Of a DNA stretch of 42,236 nt, positions 22,616 to 33,939 are shown piece by piece. The DNA is taken from IMG/VR virus record IMGVR_UViG_3300014201_000005, positions 1-42,236 of that record. One strand, 5' to 3'. Numbering within the stretch: position 1 is the first letter of the stretch; every line of letters begins with the position of its first letter. The notes beneath the pieces were generated by a model, which did no database searches, was not told the DNA's origin, and saw nothing but the letters and a program-made list of their open reading frames with translations. The translations under genes were made by a program, and so were the position numbers. This DNA comes from a virus.

Positions 22616-23302
22616 ATGACAGCAGAGAATAGTGATGTTCAGGCCGCATTGTCTAAAATAGAGGGTGAGGCTGCAAGTCCAGCTGCGGGTATCTCGCAGG
22701 AGAAGGTAACGGAAATAGTACGCGATGCATTCAATCGTGGACGCCAAAAAGGTTTAAGCGAGTCGAGTATCGGAATGGGCGGAATGTCTGCTCAGCCTGC
22801 ACAACACGCGCCTATAGACCAACAAGCCGTTAGCAAGTTAATTGGTGAGGAGTTTTCCAAGCACAAAGCCGAATATGAGCGCACGCAATTAGAACAAGCG
22901 CAACGAGTAGAAGGCGAACGCCAGCTTAGAATGCTTAAAACCAAAGTGGATGCAGCAGCAGCGAAACACCCCGATTATGACGAAGTTACCAAGCAACACA
23001 ATTGGGAGCAGATGCCGGAAGTATTGCACTATGCTAACACTGTCGATAATGCTGGTGACGTACTGTATGACTTAGCAAAAAATCCTTCAAAGATAGCAAC
23101 GATTAGAGGATTGCCACCCGCAAGCGCAGCGTTAGAGATAAAGAAATTGTCAGATTCTATTAAGCAGAATGAGACAGCGTCTATAGATGCAACCAAACCC
23201 CCACCTGTACCAGGCAGTCAATTAAAACCCTCGAACTTAGCAAGTGACAAGCAGCCGTCTACTGCAAGCGAATATGCCGCAAGGTATAAAGGCCGAGGTT
23301 AA
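22616..23302 (+). CDS. Scaffolding protein (putative)
   Basis: 228-aa helical, charged protein between the portal region and the capsid gene. Confidence 0.6.
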   Translation: MTAENSDVQAALSKIEGEAASPAAGISQEKVTEIVRDAFNRGRQKGLSESSIGMGGMSAQPAQHAPIDQQAVSKLIGEEFSKHKAEYERTQLEQAQRVEGERQLRMLKTKVDAAAAKHPDYDEVTKQHNWEQMPEVLHYANTVDNAGDVLYDLAKNPSKIATIRGLPPASAALEIKKLSDSIKQNETASIDATKPPPVPGSQLKPSNLASDKQPSTASEYAARYKGRG

Positions 23303-23351
23303 CTAACGCGCTCTTGTCATTAATTCCTAATTTAATGATAGAGGGTGTGAA

Positions 23352-24620
23352 ATGGTTAATATCTTACAAGCTGTGCAGACTTATCAAGCCTCTGCACTTG
23401 GTTGGTTGCAAAATTTGTATTGTTTTATTAACACTTGCAACAATCGTTTTCGCAATTTCAATGACATGATTGCCAATTTAGGCGACACCGTCACTTACGA
23501 TTTACCTCCTAGAATGGCCGCTCAACCAGGTTTAGTTGTGCCACAGTTCCTTGGGGTGCAGCAACGTGTACGTTCATTGGTTTGCGGTGGTACAGATGCA
23601 CAAGGATTAGAGCAATCCTCTAACGTTCCCTTTGCTTTCACAGCACAAGAATTGATTTTCAACATCGATAACAATGATTATCGTGAGAAGTTCGAAATTT
23701 CCGCTATGACAGAGCTTGGCGCTCAGATTGAGGCGTCAGTTGCTTCTACTATTCTGACTGGACCTTACCGATTCTTTGGTGATGGCACTACTCAGATTAA
23801 TTCATTCGGTCAATTAGCTTCAGCAATGGCATTTTTCCGTAACTTCGGCTCAGTTAACTACCTAACTCGTGGTTATTTATCAGATTTAGCAGTTCCAAGC
23901 ATTGTAAACAGCGGTTTGAACCAATTTGCATTGAATCGTAATAACGAGATGGCGAATTCATGGGAAGTTGGACGTTTTGACAATACCGATTGGTATCGTA
24001 GTAACTTTTTACCTGTTCATACGTCTGGTAACACTGGTATTAACGGTACTGTTTTAACTGTTGTGAGCATTGATTCTACTGGCACACTCTTAACCGTTAG
24101 CGGTGCAACTGCCAATGACGCCTCGGCCGTATTAGCTAATGACTTGTTCCAGTTCCAAGATGGCGTAAGTGCTCAGCCTAACATGCGTTATTTAACATTT
24201 ATCGGTCACAAGCCTTCTGGTAACCCTGTTCAGTTCCGCGCAACTGCGACTGCTGCTGCAACTGGTGCTGGACAAGTGACGATCACTGTCGATCCCCCAT
24301 TAATCAGCCAAGCTGGCAACATCAACCAGAACCTAAACAATCCTATTGCTTCTGGTATGCAGATCAAGGGTTTGCCATCACATAGACGCGGGCTTATCTG
24401 CTCTGGTGATGCAATGTTCTTGGCTATGCCGCAATTGCCTGATCAAACACCGTTCCCAACTGCTAACAAAGCGGATGAGTTATCGGGTGCTGCGATTAGA
24501 TTTACCCAAGGTGCGACTTTCGGACAAAACCAAAACGGCTTCATTTTCGATGCTATTTGGGGAACTGATTTCGTTCCTGAATATTGTATGGCGTTTATTT
24601 TCCCATTATCACAAGGCTAA
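23352..24620 (+). CDS. Major capsid protein
   Basis: 422 aa, following the scaffold, with a strong SD (GAGGGTG). Its size and C-terminal features recall P22-type coat proteins. Confidence 0.75.
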   Translation: MVNILQAVQTYQASALGWLQNLYCFINTCNNRFRNFNDMIANLGDTVTYDLPPRMAAQPGLVVPQFLGVQQRVRSLVCGGTDAQGLEQSSNVPFAFTAQELIFNIDNNDYREKFEISAMTELGAQIEASVASTILTGPYRFFGDGTTQINSFGQLASAMAFFRNFGSVNYLTRGYLSDLAVPSIVNSGLNQFALNRNNEMANSWEVGRFDNTDWYRSNFLPVHTSGNTGINGTVLTVVSIDSTGTLLTVSGATANDASAVLANDLFQFQDGVSAQPNMRYLTFIGHKPSGNPVQFRATATAAATGAGQVTITVDPPLISQAGNINQNLNNPIASGMQIKGLPSHRRGLICSGDAMFLAMPQLPDQTPFPTANKADELSGAAIRFTQGATFGQNQNGFIFDAIWGTDFVPEYCMAFIFPLSQG

Positions 24621-24623
24621 TAA

Positions 24624-25325
24624 ATGAATACTGCCCAGTTGATATCTAATGCTTGGTATCTATCTGGCATCGTACCCCGCGCACTTGAAGGTGTTTCAGG
24701 TGAGCAGGGTACCGATGGCTTGATGCTGCTTAATTTTTTATTGAGCAGACAATCAATGACTGGGCGGTATATCCCATATTTTACGTATTACTTTTTCGAT
24801 GCTGTTGTTGGGCAAGAAGAATATTTCATACCCGCAGCGGTAACGCTTGAGACATGTACATTTAATATCGGTGTAGTTCGGTATCAAATGAATTTAGAAA
24901 ATCGTTCATATTATCGAGGCGCACCGCGTGTCGATAATATTCAGGCATTACCTTTTGACTGGTATTGGGAAACGGTTGTCGGTGGCGCAAATTTGTACAT
25001 GTATTTCTTGCCACAAGATATTTATCAAATGAAATTATCAGGCAAATTTGCATTAACGCAAATTACTGATCCATCGTTTGTATTAGATACGGTGCTCGAT
25101 TTATTTTATCAAGAATATTTAATGTTTTTATTAGCTGAATATATGTGTACTTGGTACAAGCTGACACCATCGCAAGATGTATTGATGAAAATAAAAGAAT
25201 TTAAAGACACATTAGCTGATAGAAATTACACGGATTTAACAATAGCAAAAGCAACTATTTATGGCAGTAGAGGCGCAGTAACTTATGCGCAAGCGAATTT
25301 AGGTAAAGGCTGGACATCACCATAA
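24624..25325 (+). CDS. Head-tail adaptor / tail structural protein (putative)
   Basis: Position directly after the capsid gene. Confidence 0.45.
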   Translation: MNTAQLISNAWYLSGIVPRALEGVSGEQGTDGLMLLNFLLSRQSMTGRYIPYFTYYFFDAVVGQEEYFIPAAVTLETCTFNIGVVRYQMNLENRSYYRGAPRVDNIQALPFDWYWETVVGGANLYMYFLPQDIYQMKLSGKFALTQITDPSFVLDTVLDLFYQEYLMFLLAEYMCTWYKLTPSQDVLMKIKEFKDTLADRNYTDLTIAKATIYGSRGAVTYAQANLGKGWTSP

Positions 25326-26884
25326 TGCAGCAAGCACAACAGCAATTACAGTTATCAGGCCCTTACGGGCAAATGTTTGCAGATTCACAGCAAATACCTC
25401 TGGATATTGTTGGCGCAAATGGTTTTGGAAGGTATGACGAAATCTCGATATCCGAAACATTTAATATGATTATTTCGGATGGTGCGTTGGTTAATTTTGC
25501 AGGCTATGAATTAGTTGCAAGCATTGCGCCTAATGGAGTTGGTCGCGGTGTTTATAATGTGATTATGTTAAATAAAATCGCCGCAGTAATTAATAACGGC
25601 CTTTATTTAATAGACACCAATAATGCTTTTATTCGTGGTGGCACATTAAATACTAATTCGGGAAATGTTTATTTTGCGGACAATGAAGCATCGCAAATAG
25701 GAATTGTTGACGGCACTTGGGTTTATATTTACACCTACAATGTTACCCCTCCAACATTTCAGGCATTTCAGATTTTATCGGCGATTGCAGGATTTACTTA
25801 TGCAGCGCCAGTTTATATCGATTATCAAGATGGCAGATTTATTATTGCAGATGGTAATAGCAATAACTTTATTTTATCTGCTGTTGGAAACGGTTTGATA
25901 TGGCCGCCTGGAACTGTAACGAGTCCATTGCCTTTTGCTAATGCGGTGGGGCAAATACAGACTAAGCCTGCGAAATGTATGGCAGCAGTTGCATTATCCA
26001 GAGAATTAATTGTATTCGGTCAAACGTTTGCAGAACCGTGGTATGACGCTGGATTACAAATATTTCCGTACCAGCGAGATAATTTCACGGCAATTGATTA
26101 CGGTTTAGTTAATCAATCAACAATTGGTAAATTGGATAATACAATTTGTTGGTTAGGCGTAAATGAGAAATCAAATATCTCTGTTTATATGATGTATTTA
26201 GATAATCAGCCGCAACGAATGTCAAATGATGGACTTGATTATATTTTCCAGAATTTAAAAGCGCCGACAGATTGCTACGGATTTATGTATCGTGAGGCTG
26301 GTCATCCTTATTATCAGCTCACCTTTGTTACAGATAATTTAACGTATTTATTTGATTTAAGTTCGCAGCCTGCGCAAGTGTTTTCATTAACCGATGACAT
26401 GATGAATTATCACCCTGCACGCAGAGTTGTTTATTTTAATGGTTCTAATTATTTCGTGAGTTTATTAGACGGAAATGTTTACAAGATGTCTTCGTCAATT
26501 ACCTCATATAACGGTTTAGTAATTCCACGTATTCGTACTTGTTCGAATATTCGCTGGCCTGATAATGCGCGATCAGTAATTCAAGCGGTGCATATCACAA
26601 TGGAGTCAGGAATAAATCAGAACTATATACCGACTGCGCAGAATTTGCCGGATAACACTACAACTAATTATTTATCGAACAGATTAGATACATCGTTATC
26701 GCAAGATGGTGGTTATACATTTTATAACGTTTCATCGATGGAATTGCCAAGAACTGGTATGCGCAGAAATGCATTACCGATTTATAACCTTGGTGCAACT
26801 GGTAACGATATTACGTTGCGGTTTAGGTGGAATACGCTCGGGCGAGTAGTTGTTTCGGGGGGCTTTATAAGTTTACGACGATGA
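25325..26884 (+). CDS. Tail hub/nozzle-type structural protein (putative)
   Basis: 519 aa. Gene order is podovirus-like. Confidence 0.45.
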   Translation: MQQAQQQLQLSGPYGQMFADSQQIPLDIVGANGFGRYDEISISETFNMIISDGALVNFAGYELVASIAPNGVGRGVYNVIMLNKIAAVINNGLYLIDTNNAFIRGGTLNTNSGNVYFADNEASQIGIVDGTWVYIYTYNVTPPTFQAFQILSAIAGFTYAAPVYIDYQDGRFIIADGNSNNFILSAVGNGLIWPPGTVTSPLPFANAVGQIQTKPAKCMAAVALSRELIVFGQTFAEPWYDAGLQIFPYQRDNFTAIDYGLVNQSTIGKLDNTICWLGVNEKSNISVYMMYLDNQPQRMSNDGLDYIFQNLKAPTDCYGFMYREAGHPYYQLTFVTDNLTYLFDLSSQPAQVFSLTDDMMNYHPARRVVYFNGSNYFVSLLDGNVYKMSSSITSYNGLVIPRIRTCSNIRWPDNARSVIQAVHITMESGINQNYIPTAQNLPDNTTTNYLSNRLDTSLSQDGGYTFYNVSSMELPRTGMRRNALPIYNLGATGNDITLRFRWNTLGRVVVSGGFISLRR

Positions 26885-27282
26885 TTATTCCTAATTTACC
26901 CAAAGAAAAATTATTAACGAGTGACGGTCACATGCATCCTGTTTGGCAAAAAATGTTTTCGCAATTATTAACGGTCTTAAATCAGAATAATTCTAATGAA
27001 GGCACAGTCTTACCGGCGCAGGGTGGAGATAATTTTACAACATTAAATAATTCTAATAATACCCAGCGCCTTATTTATAACTCAGACATGAATGCTGCAA
27101 TGGTAAACAACACGGGAACTTATAGCGCAATTGCAACTGCTGCTGGGGCGGTTGGTGTTACGACGCAAACAACGGTTGGAGCATCGGGTGCAGCATCTCC
27201 CACGCCTGCTGCGCCAGAAATGTACGAGTCTGTGAATATTAACGGTGTGCAATATGCGCGTCCTTTATACAAAGTGAGTTGA
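26881..27282 (+). CDS. Virion structural protein (133 aa)
   Basis: ATGA overlap with the upstream gene. Confidence 0.5.
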   Translation: MIIPNLPKEKLLTSDGHMHPVWQKMFSQLLTVLNQNNSNEGTVLPAQGGDNFTTLNNSNNTQRLIYNSDMNAAMVNNTGTYSAIATAAGAVGVTTQTTVGASGAASPTPAAPEMYESVNINGVQYARPLYKVS

Positions 27283-27289
27283 GGTTTCT

Positions 27290-27967
27290 ATGCAACAAGG
27301 TGGCTATGGTGGTTTTGGTGGAATGATGGGCGCAGGCGCGATGCTTGGGTCTGGGATTGCTGGTTTGAATATGCCTAATCCTGCCAACAATGCGATGCAG
27401 TACTACAACCAGATACCAAGCATTTTGAATGCCACTTATTCGCCATATATGGCGCAAGGTCAAAATGCAGGTAATCAACTCCAAGGACAAATTGGCAATT
27501 TGCTCAATAACCCGGGCGGATTTATTAACTCAATTGGGCAAGGATTCCAGGGGTCGCCACAATATGCATGGCAGGTACAACAAGCCACATTGGGTGCTAA
27601 CAATGCCGCTGCTGCGGGTGGCATGGCAGGTAGTCCAGCAGAACAGCAATCATTGGCAAGCACCATTGGTGGATTAGCGAATCAAAACTATCAGCAATAC
27701 ATACAAAACGCGATGGGGGCTTATGGTCTAGGAATGAACTCGGCTAACAACATATATGGCATTGGCGCAAATGCAGCTAATGAGTACGGTAGTAACATGG
27801 CACAGACATTATCTGGACAGGGTCAAACCGCCTACGCAGGTCAAGTCAATCAAAACGAAACGCAAGGTGGTGCTTGGGGTGGCATTTTAGGAGGGTTGGC
27901 CGGAATTTTGGGAGGTGGTGGGTCTGGTAGCAATAGTTTTGGCGGTCTTTTAAGTAAATATTTATAG
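27290..27967 (+). CDS. Gly/Gln/Asn-rich internal virion (ejection) protein, putative
   Basis: Glycine-zipper-like termini (GGFGGMMGAGAMLGSG, GGILGGLAGILGGGG). Confidence 0.5.
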   Translation: MQQGGYGGFGGMMGAGAMLGSGIAGLNMPNPANNAMQYYNQIPSILNATYSPYMAQGQNAGNQLQGQIGNLLNNPGGFINSIGQGFQGSPQYAWQVQQATLGANNAAAAGGMAGSPAEQQSLASTIGGLANQNYQQYIQNAMGAYGLGMNSANNIYGIGANAANEYGSNMAQTLSGQGQTAYAGQVNQNETQGGAWGGILGGLAGILGGGGSGSNSFGGLLSKYL

Positions 27968-27974
27968 GTAAAAT

Positions 27975-29330
27975 ATGAGTTATCAGTGGGAAGGCATAGA
28001 ACCTGAAACATTTGCACAAGCTAATCCCTTTTTAGCGGGGCTAAGCAATGCATGGCAGACTATGGGGCAATATGGCCAGATGCAACAACAACTTGCGCAA
28101 GGTCAATTGCAACAAGCACAAGCACAGTATGCCAATCCTATGGCGCAAGCGGCATTGGCTCAAGCCCAAGCGCAGCCAGCATTAACGCAAGCACAAGCCG
28201 CACAAGCGCTAGCGACAGCGGCTTATACGCAGCAAGGATTAACTCCAGAAGCAATAGCAGAAGCGGGCTATATTAATGGCGCGCAAACTCAAGAGGCTTT
28301 AGGTTCTGCGGCTCAGTCGCAAGGGGCTGCGCGGGTAAGTAATGTAGAGGCGGGTAATCCTGCGCTATTGGCTGGTGGGAATGCAGGGCAACTTTTTGGC
28401 TTTAATTCATTGGTCAATGGCGCTAATCAAAGCGCGCCGGGTGTACCAGCAGGTACGCCAAGTGGTCAAGCTTCTGGCTTTTCAACTTTGCCGCCTGCGT
28501 TAACGGGATGGCCGAATGTTCCGCCTCCTCCTACAGGCGGCAACCCCTTAGCGCCTGCTATCCAACAAAACAATCAATCCCCTATGGCAAGAGCTTACGC
28601 CATGATGCAGCAAATGAATGCTCAGCAAGCGGGATATGCGGCTAACGCTACGCAGAATATTACAGATTGGAATGCAGCGCAGAATGATGCAGCCGACAGA
28701 TCTAACAATGCCGCGCAAATGCAGCAGAATCTTAATAAATTCAGCGCAGAATATGATAAATCAAACTTAAAAGGTGCTTTTGAAGGTGAGATACCATCGA
28801 ATTGGTCAGGTAAAATTGCAAAGACTGTGCTTGATCAAAATGGTGATATTTCTCATGAGCAAAATGCGGATCAAGCATCAAGGAATTTAGCCGCTAATTT
28901 TGCTAATACGCTTCAGCCAAACACAACGGTAGAAGGTTTAAAAATATCTCCGCTGCTGAAACCAAGTCGTTTACTTGATCCTGACGCAAAAGCGGCGAGT
29001 GTGGATTCAATGCAAGCGTTTATTAACCGTCAACAGGAATATCAAACATTTCTTAATACAGCTCGGCAACGTGGGATAGAAAACCCGCAGGTAGCTAAAA
29101 CATTATGGAATCAATATCAAGCTGATAGGCCAGCGGTTGACCCATCTACAGGCTCAATAAATAAGCGTTACCAAAATACGTGGCCGGATTATTTAACCCC
29201 CCAAGCAATTATGCAGGCCACGGCTGGAATGCGTGCGACTGTGACACCTGTTGCGGCTGATTTAAAGAAGTATGGGGCGCTTCCTAATAGCAGCTCACAA
29301 AGTGTAGCTGATCCATTGGGGATAAGATAA
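27975..29330 (+). CDS. Gln/Ala-rich internal virion (ejection) protein, putative
   Basis: QAQAQ-rich N-terminus and position. Confidence 0.5.
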   Translation: MSYQWEGIEPETFAQANPFLAGLSNAWQTMGQYGQMQQQLAQGQLQQAQAQYANPMAQAALAQAQAQPALTQAQAAQALATAAYTQQGLTPEAIAEAGYINGAQTQEALGSAAQSQGAARVSNVEAGNPALLAGGNAGQLFGFNSLVNGANQSAPGVPAGTPSGQASGFSTLPPALTGWPNVPPPPTGGNPLAPAIQQNNQSPMARAYAMMQQMNAQQAGYAANATQNITDWNAAQNDAADRSNNAAQMQQNLNKFSAEYDKSNLKGAFEGEIPSNWSGKIAKTVLDQNGDISHEQNADQASRNLAANFANTLQPNTTVEGLKISPLLKPSRLLDPDAKAASVDSMQAFINRQQEYQTFLNTARQRGIENPQVAKTLWNQYQADRPAVDPSTGSINKRYQNTWPDYLTPQAIMQATAGMRATVTPVAADLKKYGALPNSSSQSVADPLGIR

Positions 29331-30989
29331 ATGAATATGGCCGATATTAGACAACAATACCCACAATATAGTGATCTTTCCGATCAACAATTGGCGGACG
29401 GCTTACACGCAAAATATTACTCAGATATGCCGCAACAGCAATTTTATAACAGCATTGGGTTTAATCCTGGCGCTCAACAACAGCCACAACAACCGTCGCA
29501 ATCGCCAAGCATATTGACGCAGGGTCAACAGATGATGGCACCTATTAATATTGGTGCTTCAAGATTCGGTGGAAACATTACGCAGGATATCGGTGCAGGG
29601 TTGGATCGAATTGGTGCAACAGCGCTTGGCAATAAACTTTATGGATGGGGATCGCAAGAAATCAATAATGCACCTTCTGTCTACGGTTCTCCATCACCTA
29701 CTGCTTTAGCGCCTAACTTAGTTGAGAATTTAGCGCAAGGCGCGCCTTATGCATTGCTACCCGGTGGTGCAATAAAGAATGTTTTAGGGGCAGCCTTATA
29801 CGGCGCAACTCAATCGCAACCAGGTCAAGCAGTTCAGGGAGCGGGCACAGATGCCGCAATCTCTGCTGGTCTCTCAGCTATTCCACTAGTAGGCGCAGGG
29901 TTAAAGTCTATTTATCAAGCAATTAGTCCTGAAACAAAAATGAATAATATTACTCAAGCGATTGGAAATCCTAACGGATTAGAAGCCAATGGCATATCGC
30001 TAGCAGCAGATGTGCGCGAGGCTTATGAGAAAGCTAAAAATGCAAGTGGTGAAGATTATCAACCTATTATGAATGCAGTAGGTAACAATAAAATTTATGA
30101 CGAAAACACTACGCAAAGTAAATATTTAGCTTTGCCTAAATCGGTAAATGATACTTTTGATACTGACACTAATGATCTGCATGAAAACTTTTTAAATAAT
30201 CCTACGTTTTCCAATGGTAAGGAATTATCAAGCCAATTTGGCGCGAATATTGGATCACTACAAAAAGCGCAACAACGTGGAATGCTTGATCAAGCAGGTA
30301 GTAATACACTATCAGCGCAAATAAAAGCTAAAAATGCGCTTGATGGGGATATGACATCATCTTTAAATAATTATGATTCAACAAATGGCACAAATTTTGC
30401 AAATCAGTATCAAACAGCAAAAGCTAATTACATTCAAAATGTAGTTCCTTATCGTATTGATCCGCCTTTGAATAAAATTGCAACCGGACAAATTAAAAAC
30501 CCTCAAAATGTCTCGAGTTATTTTGCTAATCCTGAAGATTCAACAAATAAAATAGCTAGTGATTTACCACAATCTTCATGGGATAAGATCATTTTTGATA
30601 AATTAGGTTCGCCTGCAGCCCAAAAAACGCCAGAAGCATTTAACAACGCGATAAATAATCTCGATAAACAAGGATTAACTTCATTTTTAACACCTTCTAC
30701 AAATAATATGATTGACAGTTTTAAAAATAGTTTAGCTGCAAAAGATGCAGTATCACACATGGCGGGCATGGCAGCCGGGGCGGTATTTGGATCGCATCTT
30801 GGTGAAGGTTCAGAATTACTAGGGGGATTAATTGGACAAAAAGCTTTGCCGTGGATATTAAAAAATTCAGGATTAGGAGCAGTCACATCATTAGTAGGCA
30901 AAGCAGCGGGTGCAACTGGAAGTGCTGCAAGTAAAGTTTATAAACCATCGTTATACGGCGCATTAGCAGCAAGAGGGCAGCAACAATGA
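29331..30989 (+). CDS. Internal virion (ejection) protein, putative
   Basis: 552 aa with C-terminal Gly/Ala hydrophobic segments. Position. Confidence 0.5.
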   Translation: MNMADIRQQYPQYSDLSDQQLADGLHAKYYSDMPQQQFYNSIGFNPGAQQQPQQPSQSPSILTQGQQMMAPINIGASRFGGNITQDIGAGLDRIGATALGNKLYGWGSQEINNAPSVYGSPSPTALAPNLVENLAQGAPYALLPGGAIKNVLGAALYGATQSQPGQAVQGAGTDAAISAGLSAIPLVGAGLKSIYQAISPETKMNNITQAIGNPNGLEANGISLAADVREAYEKAKNASGEDYQPIMNAVGNNKIYDENTTQSKYLALPKSVNDTFDTDTNDLHENFLNNPTFSNGKELSSQFGANIGSLQKAQQRGMLDQAGSNTLSAQIKAKNALDGDMTSSLNNYDSTNGTNFANQYQTAKANYIQNVVPYRIDPPLNKIATGQIKNPQNVSSYFANPEDSTNKIASDLPQSSWDKIIFDKLGSPAAQKTPEAFNNAINNLDKQGLTSFLTPSTNNMIDSFKNSLAAKDAVSHMAGMAAGAVFGSHLGEGSELLGGLIGQKALPWILKNSGLGAVTSLVGKAAGATGSAASKVYKPSLYGALAARGQQQ

Positions 30990-33364
30990 CACCATTATCA
31001 GCACAATACGTATGGCTTCCTACACTAGAAGCATATTTCGTTGATAAGGACACAGGGTTGCCCTTGGCAAGCGGCTACATATTATTTTATGAAGATACGC
31101 AGCGCTCAGTTGGAAAACCTGTTTTTCAATTAACAGGATCGCCACCTGATTATGATGTCATTGAATATGGTTTTTATAATCTGACTGGTGCATGGCAAAT
31201 TACGCTTGATGCTGACGGTACAATTGATCAGCCTATATATTTTTATCCTTATGATTCGAATGGAGATGTGCAGAATTATTTTATTCAGATTTATAATTCT
31301 GGCGGCGTATTACAACGTTCACTTGAGAATATCCCGAATATTCCAGGTGGTGGAACGGGTGGTACTACTGTCACGAGTAATTTAGTAGCTAATCCGCAGT
31401 TCTCAATTAATTATCCGCAAAATGCTGAGCCTGCTAATCCTGCATTAGTTGCTGGAACTATTCCGCTCGGGCAAGCAATGACACCAATTGCGCCAGGTGG
31501 TTGGACGTTTGAGCAATCGGCTGGCTCTACAGCGATTAATATAATTACATTTACTGAGCCTGGATACATACCTACTACACCGCCAAGCAATCCTAAGTTC
31601 ATATTAAATTATCAATCGATGTCACCTGACTCTGCGGATTCGGTAAAAGATATTCGTTTAAAATATTACAATGTGAATAAATTCGCATCGACTACGCAGA
31701 TGTACACATTCGGATTTTTCGGCACATTAAATACAGGCACATCACTCACCGCGCAATTATATTTAATTAAGTATTACGGAACAGGTGGATCGCCAACTGC
31801 TACCAGCACTACATTGTTAGGCACACTTCCTTTTACAAATTCATATATGAATATTAATATTCCCGGGTTTTTGTTCGGTGCAAATTCTGGCACGACCTTG
31901 GGTACGAATAATGATGATTATGTGCAATTAGCGATTCGCTTTCCGAATTCTGTTTTTAATTTATCAATGACGGATTTTGTGTTGGTAGAAGGTACTATCA
32001 ATGATCCAATACTTCCTGATTTACCTGAGTATGTTTATTCTACAGATTCACTTGCCGGATATTTTCCGCCGCAATCTCCTGCATTAGGGAGTGATCTAGG
32101 ATTGCCTGTGATAAATGGCATTACTGGTTTTATTCCTGATTATTCTATTGTTGGTAGTTTTCGCGAGAGCTTAGCGTCAAGTATGTATGGGTATCTGCCT
32201 TGTACGGGTCCAAGTTATGTTGCTAATTACGCTTACGCTGCTAGTTCTACTGACAATATACCTTACTCGCGATTAGGCAATCTGTTGTGGAATCCCCACT
32301 ATAATTGTTATTTATTCGGTGGCGGAAAACCCTGGGTAACTGCATATATTCCAATTACTGCATCATTTAATTTTTTAACATTAACTACCAATCAAAATGG
32401 TTCTGTAACAAGTTCAGCCGATGGAACGCCTGCAACTGGATTTACATTTTCAACACAGCATGGCGCAACATTTAATACCGACGGCTTGTATGCCGGATTA
32501 AATGCATTTTGGTTGTTAACACATAATGAGGGATCGCTTGCTGCTGCTGCTGCTGGCACTAGTGGATTTAATGTTGAAAATTACACACAAGTACCAACCG
32601 CAACAGCGGATAAAACAAACGCATTAATATTTACTAATGCAGGAAATGTCGTACCACAATCTAGTTATTGGACATTTTCGACAAGTACAACTAACTATTA
32701 TGTTTGGCAAAATATTGATGGTGGCGGAACTGATCCCGCACCAGGTGGTACAGGTATAGAAGTACAAATTAAATCCACTAATTCAAATATCGATGTCGCA
32801 ATTGCAAATGCTCAAGCAGTTAATGGCGATCAATTCACATTTATTACAACTGTTGCAGCAAGCGCAATTCCTGCTGGCGCTAATTTTACATTTTATGCAG
32901 GGAGCGCGGGAACAACTCAATTCTATGTCTACTACACAAAGGCAGGAGTTGGGACACCTCCAACAACTGATACAACTAAATTAGTAACGGTAGCATTAAC
33001 AGGCGCAGAAACAGCCGCGCAAGTTGCATTATTAACGCAGATAGCAATTAATCAAGCTTATTACGCTGTTCCTGATTTATCTGGTTATTCGCTACGTGGT
33101 TATGATTATGGCGCAAATATTGATAGCGACGCATTAACTCGCTGGAACAGAAACAACATTAATCCTACCACAAATGCCGTGGGTTCTTATGAATTCGACA
33201 CGTTTCTTCAGCATTACCACGGTTACGAAACGCCGCCTGCCGGAGTTGTTGCCGCTGGAGCTGTGTCGGGAGTTGCTGCGCCATCAGGAGCAAATACAAC
33301 AGTTACAGGTTTTGGGGAAACTCGCGGAAAGAATTTTGCAGTAAATATATTTATTCATTATTAG
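30986..33364 (+). CDS. Tail fibre protein with a C-terminal phage tail-collar-like motif
   Basis: VPDLSGYSLRGYDYG...H.HGY resembles the tail-collar PDLRGR motif. Confidence 0.65.
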   Translation: MTPLSAQYVWLPTLEAYFVDKDTGLPLASGYILFYEDTQRSVGKPVFQLTGSPPDYDVIEYGFYNLTGAWQITLDADGTIDQPIYFYPYDSNGDVQNYFIQIYNSGGVLQRSLENIPNIPGGGTGGTTVTSNLVANPQFSINYPQNAEPANPALVAGTIPLGQAMTPIAPGGWTFEQSAGSTAINIITFTEPGYIPTTPPSNPKFILNYQSMSPDSADSVKDIRLKYYNVNKFASTTQMYTFGFFGTLNTGTSLTAQLYLIKYYGTGGSPTATSTTLLGTLPFTNSYMNINIPGFLFGANSGTTLGTNNDDYVQLAIRFPNSVFNLSMTDFVLVEGTINDPILPDLPEYVYSTDSLAGYFPPQSPALGSDLGLPVINGITGFIPDYSIVGSFRESLASSMYGYLPCTGPSYVANYAYAASSTDNIPYSRLGNLLWNPHYNCYLFGGGKPWVTAYIPITASFNFLTLTTNQNGSVTSSADGTPATGFTFSTQHGATFNTDGLYAGLNAFWLLTHNEGSLAAAAAGTSGFNVENYTQVPTATADKTNALIFTNAGNVVPQSSYWTFSTSTTNYYVWQNIDGGGTDPAPGGTGIEVQIKSTNSNIDVAIANAQAVNGDQFTFITTVAASAIPAGANFTFYAGSAGTTQFYVYYTKAGVGTPPTTDTTKLVTVALTGAETAAQVALLTQIAINQAYYAVPDLSGYSLRGYDYGANIDSDALTRWNRNNINPTTNAVGSYEFDTFLQHYHGYETPPAGVVAAGAVSGVAAPSGANTTVTGFGETRGKNFAVNIFIHY

Positions 33365-33372
33365 AGGTTGTT

Positions 33373-33726
33373 ATGACTACAAAATTATTGTTGGGAAAAG
33401 ATTTAAACGGGAACGTGACGTATCAAATTCCATTTACTGATACTGGCTACGAGACGACTTTAGTAGCTGGGGTCGCACAGAGTCTAGTTGTGCCAGCAAA
33501 TTGTACGAGTGCATGGTTTTCGTATTCCTCTGGTATCGATGTATTTGTTGATCCGCTTCACACAGCAACATTGCCTGGTGCAGTATTTGCATCGACAACT
33601 GCTGACATGAATCCTGTTGCGCGCTCAGTTGTGCCAGGATCGACATTGTCATTTATTAGTGACGCGGCAGGGTATGTGAAAGTTTCTTTTTACGAAATAG
33701 CTGGTTATTGGACAGGACAATCGTAA
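33373..33726 (+). CDS. Hypothetical tail-associated protein (117 aa)
   Basis: ORF between the fibre genes. Confidence 0.5.
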   Translation: MTTKLLLGKDLNGNVTYQIPFTDTGYETTLVAGVAQSLVVPANCTSAWFSYSSGIDVFVDPLHTATLPGAVFASTTADMNPVARSVVPGSTLSFISDAAGYVKVSFYEIAGYWTGQS

Positions 33727-33920
33727 TGAGTGGGCAAAATGATAGATCATACTTTGGTAAGGCAGATATTGGTAATACGCGCCAATACGCTAATAGAATT
33801 TATAACGCGAATAATGAAGAAGGTGGTGGAGTTGTTCCTCCAACCGAAGGATTTTTAATTCAAGATAATGGTTTTTATATTTTACAAGATAATGGATCAT
33901 TTATTTTATATACCGAGTAG
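33726..33920 (+). CDS. Hypothetical protein (64 aa)
   Basis: TAATG junction with the upstream gene. Confidence 0.4.
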   Translation: MSGQNDRSYFGKADIGNTRQYANRIYNANNEEGGGVVPPTEGFLIQDNGFYILQDNGSFILYTE

Positions 33921-33939
33921 TTTTAAATAGAGGTGGTAA

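Noticed and set aside
22550-22747. 65-aa minus-strand ORF overlapping the scaffold gene start
   Set aside because: It has no SD and low-complexity composition, and it overlaps a well-supported plus-strand gene.
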